From a virus: a DNA stretch of 64,000 bases. Positions 18,572-29,045 of this stretch are shown in pieces; the stretch's first letter is position 1, and each line of letters starts with the position of its first letter. The stretch is from positions 1 through 64,000 of the IMG/VR virus record IMGVR_UViG_3300044634_004833; one strand, written 5' to 3'. The notes below the pieces were generated by a model. It made no database searches. It was not told the DNA's origin and saw only the letters and a program-made list of their open reading frames with translations. A program made the position numbers and the translations under genes.

Positions 18572-19750
18572 ATGCCTAGAAAAATTGGCGAAGATCACAA
18601 AGAATTCAGAGATGTAGTCTCTGGCAAGATCCGGAAAGCTCTTAAGAAGTTTGTTAAGTCCGGCTCTATATTTAGAAGCCGAGGTAAAAATGGCAAAATT
18701 TCTATTAGTATTCCGAAAATTGATATTCCTCATATCGTCTATGGAGAGAACAACTCCGGGGTCGGCAGAGGAGACGGAAACCCTGGCGACGTTATTGGAA
18801 GAGATAAAAAACAACCAGGAGGGAAAGGAAATCAAGCTGGTCAAGAAGAATCAGAAGGAATAATGATTAATCTTGAACTAGAAGATGTTTTAAAGTTCCT
18901 TCAAGATGAATTAGAATTACCCGATTTACAACCAAAACAAGATAATGTTTTCGAAGATGTAAAAATAAAATATAATAATATTTCACTAGTTGGTCCAGAA
19001 AGCTTAAGGCATACTAGAAGAACAATGTTAACCGCTTTAAAAAGAATGTGCAGTACGGACGAAATAAACAAGCTGCATTTTGTTCCTGGATACAAAGACC
19101 CCGTTAAACTAATTACTCCAATCAATAGCGATAAAAGATACCGTCAGTACAAAGAAATACGATATCCGTCAACTAATGCTTGCATAATATATGCAAGAGA
19201 TGGCTCCGCTAGTATGGATGCGGCAAAATGTGAAATTGTTTCAGACATGGCTTGGTGGATTGATGTTTGGATTAAAAGATTTTATAAGCGTGTAGAAAGA
19301 ATGTTTGTTTGGCATGATACTGTTGCACAAGAAGTTGATGAACAAAAATTTTATAAGTATAGATTCGGTGGTGGCACAACATGCTCCTCTGCTCTTAAAT
19401 TAATTTCAAAGCAGTTTGAAAATCGATTCCCTCCCAACAAGTGGAATATATATGTTTTTTATTTTACAGATGGAGAAAATTATGAAAGCGACAATTCAGA
19501 GTTTATTCAAACATTAAAAAAAGATTTTCCTCCGAACTTAGTTAATTTTGTTGGAATAACTCAAATTTACGCATACGACTATAGAAACTCTGTTTTAGAA
19601 AATGTAATAAAGGCACAAAAGGCAGATGTGCTTGGCGAAAATGTAAAAACAGCAGAAATTCCTTCAAATTCTGACACTATGAATGAAGGAAGAAACGAAG
19701 CTGTTCTTAAAGCGGTTAAAGATTTGTTAGGCAAAACAAAAATTAGTTGA
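18572..19750 (+). CDS. yeaH: YeaH/YhbH (DUF444) vWA-domain protein
   Basis: G.G.G.G..GD motif, LELP.L.PK, MIDAS-like DGSASM, GGT..SSA, TDGEN. Confidence 0.9.
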   Translation: MPRKIGEDHKEFRDVVSGKIRKALKKFVKSGSIFRSRGKNGKISISIPKIDIPHIVYGENNSGVGRGDGNPGDVIGRDKKQPGGKGNQAGQEESEGIMINLELEDVLKFLQDELELPDLQPKQDNVFEDVKIKYNNISLVGPESLRHTRRTMLTALKRMCSTDEINKLHFVPGYKDPVKLITPINSDKRYRQYKEIRYPSTNACIIYARDGSASMDAAKCEIVSDMAWWIDVWIKRFYKRVERMFVWHDTVAQEVDEQKFYKYRFGGGTTCSSALKLISKQFENRFPPNKWNIYVFYFTDGENYESDNSEFIQTLKKDFPPNLVNFVGITQIYAYDYRNSVLENVIKAQKADVLGENVKTAEIPSNSDTMNEGRNEAVLKAVKDLLGKTKIS

Positions 19751-19757
19751 GGTTGAT

Positions 19758-21359
19758 ATGACAGAGAAATTTATGTACGGGTCTTCTTTGTTGCATGGAA
19801 GTGCAACTACTCCTGGCACTCACATGCCAAAAGAATTAGCTGTTTTAATACCAAAAATTTTACAAGATTGCAGAGACTTTGGCTTAGATTTCTATCCAAC
19901 TGTAGTTGAAATGCTTACTTATGACGAGATGTCAGAAATAGCAGCTTACGGCGGGTTCCCCAACCGCTATCCACATTGGCGCTGGGGCATGGAATATGAA
20001 GAACTTCAACGTGGATATATGTATGGACAACATAGAATATATGAATTAGTAATTAATTGCTCGCCTTGTTACATATATTGTCTTAACAGTAACACACTTC
20101 TAGACAATGTCACAGTTATTGCACATGCAACTGGTCATAATCATTTTTTTAAGAACAATATTTATTTTAAGCATACTAATACGAATATGCTTAACGAGTT
20201 GGCAAATCATGCAAGCAGAATTAGAAGGTACATGTCTCGCTGGGGCAAGGAAAGAGTTGGAGAATTTATTGATCATTTGTTAAGAATTGAAACACTTATA
20301 GATCCTACTAAAGCATGGGATGCCAGACAGATAAAAGACCCAATAATTAGGGATTCAAGGAAATATCGCTATCCCAAAAGAATTAAGATAGACAAGGACA
20401 GCATGTATATGGATACTTGGATTAATTCTAAAGAATATATAGAATCTCAAAGAGATGGTATCGAAAAGCAAGAAAAAATTGAAGGGCTTGGCATTCTACA
20501 AGATCCAGAGAGAGATATTTATGGCTGGATTAAAGATAATTGTAATTTGAAACCTTGGCAATCAGATATCATGAGCATGTTGTATGATGAAGCTTTGTAT
20601 TTTGCGCCACAGGGAATGACTAAGACTTTAAACGAAGGACTGGCTAGCTGGACAGATTATCATTTAATAGCAAAACAGGGACTATGTGCTTTGGGACAAG
20701 AAAAATATGATGATGGAATTGTTGATTATTCAATTCATAAGATGGGAGTATTGGGTGGAAAATATTCTACAAATCCATACAAGATTGGGTTTTGTTTATT
20801 ATCAGACATTGAAGAAAGATGGAACAAGGGAAGATTTGGTTCAGAGTATGAAGATTGTACAGACTGGAAGAGAAAAGAAAACTGGGACCTAAATCTGGGC
20901 TTGGGAAAAGAGAAGGTATTTGAGGTTGTAAAGCACTACAATGATATTAATTTGATTAATGAATTTTTTACTCAAGAATTTTGTGACAAATATCAATTTT
21001 TTGATTGGGAAAAACATCCAAACGGGGAATATGTAATTAAATCTAGAGATCACAGAGAAGTTAAAAAGAAGCTAATTAAAAAATATGTTAATAGAGGGCT
21101 TCCAGATATTAGATTGGTTGACCCCAACCATTTGAATAAAGGCATTATGCTTTTAGAACACAAATGGGATGGCAGGGTTTTACACAAGCCGTATCTTGTT
21201 GAAACATTGGCTTCTTTGAGATTCGTATCTGGCAAGACGGTTATGTTGGCAACAAGAAATGAAAATGAAGAAGAAGAAATATATGTTTGCGAAAATCAAG
21301 AAGTTGTGCCTATGAGCAGACAACAGTATAAAAATAATTTTGGAGTTATTATATCATGA
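19758..21359 (+). CDS. spoVR: SpoVR/YcgB-family protein
   Basis: YGGFP.RYPHW.WG, IYELVIN, AH..GHNHFFKNN, TK..NEG.AS, NPY..G. Confidence 0.93.
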   Translation: MTEKFMYGSSLLHGSATTPGTHMPKELAVLIPKILQDCRDFGLDFYPTVVEMLTYDEMSEIAAYGGFPNRYPHWRWGMEYEELQRGYMYGQHRIYELVINCSPCYIYCLNSNTLLDNVTVIAHATGHNHFFKNNIYFKHTNTNMLNELANHASRIRRYMSRWGKERVGEFIDHLLRIETLIDPTKAWDARQIKDPIIRDSRKYRYPKRIKIDKDSMYMDTWINSKEYIESQRDGIEKQEKIEGLGILQDPERDIYGWIKDNCNLKPWQSDIMSMLYDEALYFAPQGMTKTLNEGLASWTDYHLIAKQGLCALGQEKYDDGIVDYSIHKMGVLGGKYSTNPYKIGFCLLSDIEERWNKGRFGSEYEDCTDWKRKENWDLNLGLGKEKVFEVVKHYNDINLINEFFTQEFCDKYQFFDWEKHPNGEYVIKSRDHREVKKKLIKKYVNRGLPDIRLVDPNHLNKGIMLLEHKWDGRVLHKPYLVETLASLRFVSGKTVMLATRNENEEEEIYVCENQEVVPMSRQQYKNNFGVIIS

Positions 21360-21469
21360 GTATTTTATTTTATTTTTTAATTTTTGCTTTAGTTTTGTAC
21401 TGTTTTGTACCACCTCTTCCAACCAATGATGTTCCAACTCCGGTCGAAGACTCGGAAGATTCGGACTAG
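21356..21469 (+). CDS. 37-aa single-TM peptide with acidic tail; not in the ORF track
   Basis: [37 protein letters not shown]; ATGA-coupled to spoVR. Confidence 0.55.
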   Translation: MSILFYFLIFALVLYCFVPPLPTNDVPTPVEDSEDSD

Positions 21470-21515
21470 ATTCAGCCTAATTTTTTCGTATACTTTCTTT
21501 CGAAGAGGAATTTTT

Positions 21516-22871
21516 ATGCGAAATGTTGGGTTTGAGCATCTTCATTTACACACCGATTACTCCCTCCTGGACGGATTTGGTCAGTGTGAAGAATATTCTG
21601 AACATTGGCATCATCATGGACAATATTTCTGTGTGTCTGATCATGGAATGATGGGGGCCGTTCCCAGACAGATTAAAGCATGTGATGAAATAAATGATAA
21701 GCATGGCAAGGGTAAGCTGAATCCCATATTTGCTATAGAGCTTTATGTAAACAGAATGCATAGTGAAGCCACTCCTACGGAGGAGGCTAGGGATAATTTT
21801 ATTGCACAACTAGGTCCAGAAGAGCTTAGTGAATTTAAGATAAAAGGAAGTCACTTGCTGGCCATAGCCACAACACAGCAAGGATATTCTAATCTTGTAC
21901 AGCTTTCATCGTGGGGCTTTCTAAATGGATTTTATAGTAAGCCAAGAGTTAATTATGAGATGCTTCAAAAGCACAAAGAAGGAATTATTTTTACTTCTTG
22001 TTGTTATGCAAGTGAGATAGGAAGGGCTTTTGATAAAAAGGGACCAGAAGCAGCAGAGGAAGTACTGGTCCGATATATGAACATGTTTCAAGGTCAATTT
22101 TACCTTGAAATAATGATGTTAGATTTTAAAAAGCAGAAACCATATGATCAATTCATTATAAGTATGAAAGATAAGTATAAGTTGCCGATAATATTATCAC
22201 AAGATGTTCATTATTGCAAGAAAGAAGATTCTCATTATCAGCGTCTTATGTTGATGATTCAAACCAAGAGAACCATTCCTGAAATCAATAAAATGATTGC
22301 AGAAAATGAGATGCAAGATTTATTTGAATTACAGGATACAAATTTATGGATGAAGACAGAAGAGGAATTGAATGAATTTTGGCAAGAGAAATACACTGAT
22401 ATTATTCCTTTGGAAATATTTGAAGAAGCAAAAGCTACTACTGTAAAAATATGTGAAATGGCAAAAGGTGTTGAGATTGATCGAAGCATAAAATTCCCTA
22501 TTCAAGATGATGAAAAAAGAGCTTTGGCTCAAGCTATAGGTGATGGATTTAAGTTTAGAAATCTTAGCACCAAAGGAGAATACGGAAGAAGGGTGAGCGA
22601 AGAATTTGATATTATTACAAGAAAAGGATTTGCCAGTTATTTTCTTGTTCAAAAGAAAATGACGGATGAAGCACGAAGAGTATGTCCTGAGTTGTTGGGC
22701 TGGGGCGATGGCAGAGAGGCTGTCGGGCCTGGAAGGGGATCTGGAGCTGGTAGTTTGATTTTGTATCTTCTTGGTGTTACTGATGTAGATCCAATAAAAC
22801 ACGGTTTACTTTTTTCAAGATTTCTTAGCGAAGCTAGAGGTGGCAAGCAAATTAAATTGAAGTTCACCTAA
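21516..22871 (+). CDS. dnaE: DNA polymerase III alpha, N-terminal part (PHP domain to GRGS motif)
   Basis: [55 protein letters not shown]...LLFSRFL; stops before PDxDxD. Confidence 0.92.
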   Translation: MRNVGFEHLHLHTDYSLLDGFGQCEEYSEHWHHHGQYFCVSDHGMMGAVPRQIKACDEINDKHGKGKLNPIFAIELYVNRMHSEATPTEEARDNFIAQLGPEELSEFKIKGSHLLAIATTQQGYSNLVQLSSWGFLNGFYSKPRVNYEMLQKHKEGIIFTSCCYASEIGRAFDKKGPEAAEEVLVRYMNMFQGQFYLEIMMLDFKKQKPYDQFIISMKDKYKLPIILSQDVHYCKKEDSHYQRLMLMIQTKRTIPEINKMIAENEMQDLFELQDTNLWMKTEEELNEFWQEKYTDIIPLEIFEEAKATTVKICEMAKGVEIDRSIKFPIQDDEKRALAQAIGDGFKFRNLSTKGEYGRRVSEEFDIITRKGFASYFLVQKKMTDEARRVCPELLGWGDGREAVGPGRGSGAGSLILYLLGVTDVDPIKHGLLFSRFLSEARGGKQIKLKFT

Positions 22872-22902
22872 TTAGCACCCTATAATATTTAGAGGTGTAT
22901 TT

Positions 22903-23424
22903 ATGCATGTATTTTTTAAAGATTTGTTTGATAAAGAAAGATGTGAATTATTATCTAAAGTTTTAATGGATGCTTATGATAAAGGGTCTGTAAATTACGA
23001 AGGAGTTAACAATGCTCATTATGGCAACTCATATGGAATAGGATGTTTGCCAGAATATGAAGTTATTTTAAGAGAACTAACTCCGATTATAATGGAAAAA
23101 ACTGGATATACAAATATAGCAGTAGAAAATTCTTATTCTAGAATTTACAGAAATGGAGGTCGGTTAGAAAAACATATTGATAGAGAAGGATTGGATTTGA
23201 CTCTTACTGTTTGTACTTATAACGATATAAACAAGCCTTGGCCTCTTTATGTAAGATGCATAGATGGTGTAGTTAGAGAATTTGAAACAGGTGTTGGCGA
23301 TGGGGCTTTAATTTTAGGCACAAAAATGGAACATTGGAGAGATCCATTGGTGTGCGACGATAACCAAAAAGTTTTGCAATCTTTTTTTCATTGGAGAATA
23401 CAACATGCTAAAAAAATCTTTTGA
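22903..23424 (+). CDS. 2OG-Fe(II) dioxygenase-like protein
   Basis: YSRIY..G..L.KHIDR (HxD), GD.....G...EHWR. Confidence 0.75.
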   Translation: MHVFFKDLFDKERCELLSKVLMDAYDKGSVNYEGVNNAHYGNSYGIGCLPEYEVILRELTPIIMEKTGYTNIAVENSYSRIYRNGGRLEKHIDREGLDLTLTVCTYNDINKPWPLYVRCIDGVVREFETGVGDGALILGTKMEHWRDPLVCDDNQKVLQSFFHWRIQHAKKIF

Positions 23425-24277
23425 TGATGATTGGAAATGGTGGCTTTGGACTTATGTAAAGCAAACAAAAAATAAAGAAGATTTGTTTACAATTCTTTTA
23501 AATTCAGAATTTGATTGGGATTTAATATCCAAAGAACTTAATTATTCTCCTTTAAAGAAAATGAATAATTTAAGAAAAAATAGACAAAAGAAGTTTGAAG
23601 AAGAAGGCAATGAAATTTATGTAACAAATCTTTATAAAACTTTGTCTGATAATCCTAGAGTTCATAGGGTTGAAACTCATAAGGCAGAAATATACGAAGT
23701 TGATGATTTTATTGGAAAAACAGATTGTGATACAATTATAGAAATTATGTCGTCGAATCTTACTCCATCTACTGTTACAAATCCAAAAGAAGATATTGCT
23801 TATGTAAGAACATCATCAACATCTCATTTAGATAAGAATTCTAGTCCATATATTAGACAAATAAATGACATGATTCATAAATTTATGAATATCTCAATAG
23901 AGCAAGGAGAGGAAGTTCAGGCTCAAAGATATTTGCCCGGGCAAGAATTTAAAGAACATACGGATTGGTTTGATTCGAGTTTGGATTATAATCAGGTCCA
24001 TCTTACTTCGGGGCAAAGGACTTGGACTTTGATGATTTATCTGAATGATGTTGAAGAGGGCGGGGAAACAGAATTTACTGAATTAGGATATAGTTTTAAG
24101 CCCAAGAAAGGCAAGGCTATAGTTTGGAATAATCTTTATCAAAATAAACAAGGGAATCCTTTTACAAAACACGCTGGAAAGCCAGTCATAAAAGGTGTAA
24201 AAAACATCATAACAAAGTGGTTCAGAGAAAAAAGCACGGTTCCACCTGTTGTAGAGATGCTTCCAAATTCTCCTTGA
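23405..24277 (+). CDS. prolyl-4-hydroxylase-like 2OG-Fe(II) dioxygenase
   Basis: RTS, RY..GQEF..HTD, R.WT.MIYLNDVEEGGET.F, H...PV..G.K..ITKW. Confidence 0.88.
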   Translation: MLKKSFDDDWKWWLWTYVKQTKNKEDLFTILLNSEFDWDLISKELNYSPLKKMNNLRKNRQKKFEEEGNEIYVTNLYKTLSDNPRVHRVETHKAEIYEVDDFIGKTDCDTIIEIMSSNLTPSTVTNPKEDIAYVRTSSTSHLDKNSSPYIRQINDMIHKFMNISIEQGEEVQAQRYLPGQEFKEHTDWFDSSLDYNQVHLTSGQRTWTLMIYLNDVEEGGETEFTELGYSFKPKKGKAIVWNNLYQNKQGNPFTKHAGKPVIKGVKNIITKWFREKSTVPPVVEMLPNSP

Positions 24278-24288
24278 TGAGGCGTTAA

Positions 24289-24543
24289 ATGCGTCAGAAA
24301 TTTGAAGACTTTGCTAAAGAAAACGAAGTTGAACTTTGTTTTTGTGATGGTCATGACAATGCAATAATAGGACTAGGCAGAAAATTTAATACATTTTCTG
24401 TTATTTACAGCACAAAAATTGTATTGCAAAATTTAATGGCTGATATGGACTATGATGATGCTGTAGAATATTTTGAATACAACATCATAGGAGCTTATGT
24501 TGGGGAGAGTACTCCAACATTTTCTCTAGACGAGGATTTTTAA
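24289..24543 (+). CDS. small acidic hypothetical protein of a type common in phages
   Basis: DGHD.AIIG ... DA.EYFEYN..GAY.GE.TP. Confidence 0.7.
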   Translation: MRQKFEDFAKENEVELCFCDGHDNAIIGLGRKFNTFSVIYSTKIVLQNLMADMDYDDAVEYFEYNIIGAYVGESTPTFSLDEDF

Positions 24544-24544
24544 C

Positions 24545-24976
24545 ATGAGCACGAGAGTTAGCCATTCCTATAGAACTGGAAAAGAATATTCTCATTTTTT
24601 TGAGGATGTTGCTGATGGATTATATCATATTGAAAAAGAACAAAAAAATTTAGTTAATTTAACATTAACATTAGAAGACGTTATTTCTATTGCTAAGTCT
24701 GTTAATATTGAAGAATTAACAAGGCAGTCAAGCATATCAGATGATCAAATAAAAAAATATGTTTTTGAAGAATATAATAAAAATAAATTAAAAATTGGAT
24801 TGTCATTTTGTTGGCTTTCAACAGTATATGGCAATTCTGAATTGTCTGATGAACAAAGGATAGAAAAAGGAATTTGTTATTATTCTAAAATAAGAGAAAA
24901 AATAAAAGAAACCCTAAATGTTGCCGAATCATATAGGGTTTCTCAAATAAGTTTTGGTTTAGAATGTATTAAATAA
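24545..24976 (+). CDS. hypothetical protein
   Basis: 143-aa ORF tightly packed with its neighbours. Confidence 0.6.
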   Translation: MSTRVSHSYRTGKEYSHFFEDVADGLYHIEKEQKNLVNLTLTLEDVISIAKSVNIEELTRQSSISDDQIKKYVFEEYNKNKLKIGLSFCWLSTVYGNSELSDEQRIEKGICYYSKIREKIKETLNVAESYRVSQISFGLECIK

Positions 24977-25475
24977 CGGACTTCCACTTTTTGTGATAGT
25001 GCCTGTCTATCCAATTAGCATACTTGTTTAAGCAGCCAGTATCTTTTGCTTCTTTCATTAGAGCACTTAAAAGATTATCGTTTTCATTTGTTAAATATAC
25101 AATATATTTTATTGCTTGTATTGGATCTGGATGGTAAGAGCCGCTACTGTATGCAACTACAAAAGGGGCTTTTTTCTTTTCGCAGCCGCAATGTTCTTTT
25201 ATTTCTGTTACCTTGTCTACAACTGGTGATTTAGCGTCGAATTTAACATTTGGTGTTCCTAAGTCGCCAAGACCTTCGTTATCTTTTACCTTTGTTTGTT
25301 TTGCAGTATAATCATTTGGTTTTGTTTTGATTTGAGCTGGGAATTTAACCACGGCATCTTCATAGTTTTCTGGAGCCGCAGGAGGCTTTTCTTGCTTCAA
25401 ATCTTCTATATCTACGGCTTTTTCTATTGTTTTTCCCTTACCATTTAAGTATTCTAGGAATGTTTTACGGACCAT
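24969..25475 (-). CDS. hypothetical protein with CTS-like N-terminus (TFLEYLN)
   Basis: TAAATA box and GAGGTG SD upstream. Confidence 0.65.
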   Translation of the reverse strand: MVRKTFLEYLNGKGKTIEKAVDIEDLKQEKPPAAPENYEDAVVKFPAQIKTKPNDYTAKQTKVKDNEGLGDLGTPNVKFDAKSPVVDKVTEIKEHCGCEKKKAPFVVAYSSGSYHPDPIQAIKYIVYLTNENDNLLSALMKEAKDTGCLNKYANWIDRHYHKKWKSVI

Positions 25476-25517
25476 TGTTCACCTCTAGTTTATTTATGGT
25501 TTGCGGAGTTTTTTTAA

Positions 25518-28013
25518 ATGTCTATGGATCATCTTAAGAATATTATTCAAGAAAAAGCCAAATATTGTTCTTATTATACACATTTTAATTTTGCTGCTAG
25601 ATTAAAGTGGGAATTAATAGAAATAGATGTTCAAGATATGTCTGAATATTTTATTGGGATGTATAAGAATAATGAAAAGCATGATAATAAGAATAATCTT
25701 TTAATTCCTGTTATATTAGGCATTTGTGATATTGTGGATCTAGATATTGATCCTTCTACTAAGATGGGGGAATTTCCAGATGTAGATGTTGACTACCTTC
25801 CAATTGTTAGAGATTACTTGAAGAACGAATGGGCACCTAAAACTTTTGGTGCTGATAAAGTATGCAATATTGGTAATTATGGTACTTTTGGATTAAAAAG
25901 CACTTTAATTGATATGGCAAGAGTTCATGGGCTTGATAGAAATGAAATATTGAATATTACTACAAATCTTAGGATGAAAGATGATGAAGGCGATTTGCTT
26001 ACCTATGAAAGTGCCTTACGTCTTTATCCAGAATTGAAAGAATATTGTGAAAAGTATCCAGAAGTAGCTATTGCTACTCAGAAGCTTTTACATAGAAACA
26101 GGAGCATGGGAAAACATGCTGGTGGTCTAATCCTTTGCAATCAAGCAATTGATAAGTTTGTGCCATTGGTAAAAGGATCTGAAGGAGAGGCTGTTTCTGC
26201 ATGGGTAGAAGGCTTGCATGGGCAAGACCTGGGTCCAGTTGGTCTCATTAAGTTTGATTTACTCGTGGTAAAGAGTTTGTGGCAAATATGCTTAACTGTT
26301 AAACTGGTTAAAGAAAGACACTCTTTGAAAAATATTTGTGCTGCTCCAAACCAATGGGACTGGAGTGATTTATCTTATTTAAACGACCCTACAAGTTTGG
26401 AAATGGCAAATCGTGGAGATTTGCGATGTGTATTTCAATACGATTCAGATGGAATCAGAAAGCTTGTTAGGAAGGGTGGCATAGAATCGTTTGATGATTT
26501 GGTTGCATATGTAAGCCTTTACAGACCATCAACTTTACAGATGGGTATGGATGATACTTACTGTCTTAGGAAAAGGGGAAAGCAAGAATATGAAATACCT
26601 GAAATTCTTGAAGATGTTTTGAGAAAGACATACGCAGTTATGATTTATCAAGAACAGGTTATGCAGATACTTAGTATTGTTGGCAAGATTCCTTTAAGGG
26701 ATTGTTACCAAGTTATTAAAGCTATTTCAAAAAAGAAAAAAGAAGGATTTGAAAAATATAAAGATAAATTTGTTGAAAATGGACAAGTTACTTTGGGTAA
26801 ATCCAAAGAAGAAGTAGAAAAATATTGGGAGCATGTTGAAAGTTTTTGTGGGTACGGCTTCAATCTTTCGCATGCGACCAGCTATAGTTATATATCTGCA
26901 AAACAGCTTTATTTGAAGGCGCATTATCCATTGGAGTTTTATGCTGCGACTTTAATGTGTGAGCAAGACGATGAAAAAATAAGGGAATATATTACAGAGG
27001 CTGAAAATCATGGAGTGAGAGTTAAAAAGCTTGATTTAAATTTAAGCAAGGAAACATTTTCCATTTATGAAAATGAAATTTATATTGGATTTGGGAATAT
27101 AAAAGGAATTGGCGAAGAAAAGGCTAAGAAAATAGTCGAGATGCAGCCTTATGCTGGATTTGAAGATTTTCTTGCCAGATTTGGCACAGAGGCAAATGTA
27201 TTGAGAGCTTTAATACCTTTGGGTATTTTTAAAGAAGCATCTAATTTGATTCTTTACAAGTTTTGGATGCATTATTCTGAATTTGTTAAAAAGCAAAAAG
27301 ATAAAAAGAAACGGTTTGAAATAAGTTATGGTAAGTTTATTCAACAAGTTCAGGATATTTTACCAGTCAATTTTAGAAAAATAGAAAAAATTGACATTGA
27401 TCTTGTAAATGAAATGTTATTAATTGATAAAAGTTTGTCTATTAAGATTGATGATATTCGAAAGAAAGCAGCAGCTTCTTCTGCTAGAAACATTGCTAGT
27501 GCATTGCAAGCACCAACTTTGGCTGAATTTGATGAATCTAAAATTTTAATTGAAGATAAAGAGTTGATTACTTTATTAGAAGATGTAAGCCTTGCTGAAA
27601 AGACGTATTTTGGATTTGTTTGGGATAATCCACTGAGATTTTCTCCAGACTATAAACCGCATAAAAACTTTGCTGAATTTAATGTGTTGTGTGAAAATGG
27701 AATCAATATGGCGGCAGTAATGTGTCAAATAATTGAAGCAAAAGTTAAAAAATTTAAAAGTAACAAAGGTCAATTTTTGAGTATGACAGTTATGGATGAT
27801 AATTTTGAACTTGGAAGAATAACGATGTGGGATGATGATTATCAGAGATTTAAGGATGAGTTGAAGGAAGGAAATGTAATAAGCATTCAGATTACACCTC
27901 CGAGCAATGGTTTTTCAAGCTATACGTTTTTTTCTCCGCCAAGACATGAGAAATATAAGCTTCCAAAAGATAGGAACAAAGATTTAAGGTTGTGTTTACT
28001 TAGAAAGGTTTAA
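25518..28013 (+). CDS. dnaE: DNA polymerase III alpha, C-terminal part (palm, fingers, HhH, OB)
   Basis: FPDVDVDY, GKHAGG, KFDLL, VFQY, YQEQVMQ, YGFN.SHA.SY, LKAHYP.EFYA, IKGIG. Confidence 0.93.
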   Translation: MSMDHLKNIIQEKAKYCSYYTHFNFAARLKWELIEIDVQDMSEYFIGMYKNNEKHDNKNNLLIPVILGICDIVDLDIDPSTKMGEFPDVDVDYLPIVRDYLKNEWAPKTFGADKVCNIGNYGTFGLKSTLIDMARVHGLDRNEILNITTNLRMKDDEGDLLTYESALRLYPELKEYCEKYPEVAIATQKLLHRNRSMGKHAGGLILCNQAIDKFVPLVKGSEGEAVSAWVEGLHGQDLGPVGLIKFDLLVVKSLWQICLTVKLVKERHSLKNICAAPNQWDWSDLSYLNDPTSLEMANRGDLRCVFQYDSDGIRKLVRKGGIESFDDLVAYVSLYRPSTLQMGMDDTYCLRKRGKQEYEIPEILEDVLRKTYAVMIYQEQVMQILSIVGKIPLRDCYQVIKAISKKKKEGFEKYKDKFVENGQVTLGKSKEEVEKYWEHVESFCGYGFNLSHATSYSYISAKQLYLKAHYPLEFYAATLMCEQDDEKIREYITEAENHGVRVKKLDLNLSKETFSIYENEIYIGFGNIKGIGEEKAKKIVEMQPYAGFEDFLARFGTEANVLRALIPLGIFKEASNLILYKFWMHYSEFVKKQKDKKKRFEISYGKFIQQVQDILPVNFRKIEKIDIDLVNEMLLIDKSLSIKIDDIRKKAAASSARNIASALQAPTLAEFDESKILIEDKELITLLEDVSLAEKTYFGFVWDNPLRFSPDYKPHKNFAEFNVLCENGINMAAVMCQIIEAKVKKFKSNKGQFLSMTVMDDNFELGRITMWDDDYQRFKDELKEGNVISIQITPPSNGFSSYTFFSPPRHEKYKLPKDRNKDLRLCLLRKV

Positions 28014-28014
28014 A

Positions 28015-28494
28015 ATGATACAAGATCTAATTATTGACGAAACTAATTTTTACGATCATTTCAGGCCGGTAGAAAGCGGTTCTCCTAAAGAAGGGGAGAT
28101 TCTTGCTACATTTAGAAGCATGGCAGAATTACAAGATGGCGAAATAAAGCGGGATATAGTCAGGCTTTTATCTACGGAAACTCTTGGTCCTAAAATGGCC
28201 ATTCAATTAATGCAAAAACTATGCCATGCGGATGAGCGATGGGCAACGAGGCTTGTTACTCAAATATGTTCTGATTTGCATTATGGAATGAAAGTAGAAG
28301 ATGTATACACAAGAAGATATGAATTTATGGTAGAAATGAAATTTTATACCAAAAGAGAAAATGTGCCAATTGATAATAAACATTGGTCAACTATAGAGTT
28401 GAAAAATAATAAAGAAATTGAACAAAACATGAATATGATAATAAATGATGAAAAAATTGTCGAAGAAGAAAATAAAAGAGTTTGTCAAGAATGA
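28015..28494 (+). CDS. hypothetical protein
   Basis: 159-aa ORF coupled to dnaE-C. Confidence 0.65.
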   Translation: MIQDLIIDETNFYDHFRPVESGSPKEGEILATFRSMAELQDGEIKRDIVRLLSTETLGPKMAIQLMQKLCHADERWATRLVTQICSDLHYGMKVEDVYTRRYEFMVEMKFYTKRENVPIDNKHWSTIELKNNKEIEQNMNMIINDEKIVEEENKRVCQE

Positions 28495-29011
28495 TATTTG
28501 TGAAATACCAATATTATATTCGAATCCTAATATAGCATTTTCTATAGCTGAAGATTTTAAAAAAAGGATATGTGTTCCTTGTTGGTATGACTGCAGAGAA
28601 ATATTTCATGCTGATTATCCAAAAGCCAATCATATTTTTGTAAATCATAAGAAAAATAACAATAATAGGCTTGCAAGTTTTCTTTTTTCTATTGAAAAAC
28701 TTATTGGTGTTTCTAAAAAGTCAAAATATTATAAGACAGTAAGAAAAACTGGAAGTTTATTTATTTTATCATCTTTTTGGAAAACCCCTCTAAGATTTAG
28801 TTTGTTAACTTTTCTTTTGAGAGCTGCTGCTTATTATAATCTAACTTCTTATTCAAATAAGGTTTTTAATTATTGCAAATATTTGAATGACACAAAGAAT
28901 GCGGTGAAAATGTTTATGGATGGAAAAGTTAATTATGAAGGTCAAATGTACAGTTGGTACAAACAATTCAAATATTTATCTATTAAAGATTGTGAGAAAT
29001 TATTATCATAA
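28445..29011 (+). CDS. hypothetical protein, paralog of 57066..57710
   Basis: shared W..CREIF, SSFW, TK.AV..F..G motifs. Confidence 0.7.
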   Translation: MMKKLSKKKIKEFVKNDICEIPILYSNPNIAFSIAEDFKKRICVPCWYDCREIFHADYPKANHIFVNHKKNNNNRLASFLFSIEKLIGVSKKSKYYKTVRKTGSLFILSSFWKTPLRFSLLTFLLRAAAYYNLTSYSNKVFNYCKYLNDTKNAVKMFMDGKVNYEGQMYSWYKQFKYLSIKDCEKLLS

Positions 29012-29045
29012 CAATAGATAATGAAGTAACTCACAGAGGTTCAAA

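Noticed and set aside
24289-24543. MRQKFEDFAKE as another capsid-tag protein
   Set aside because: No hydrophobic residue after the second aromatic position, no TAnATA box, and it lies inside an SD-led operon.
22872-25517. Intron or split intein joining the dnaE halves
   Set aside because: The interval is filled with ordinary genes on both strands; no intein terminal motifs or group I/II intron structure seen.
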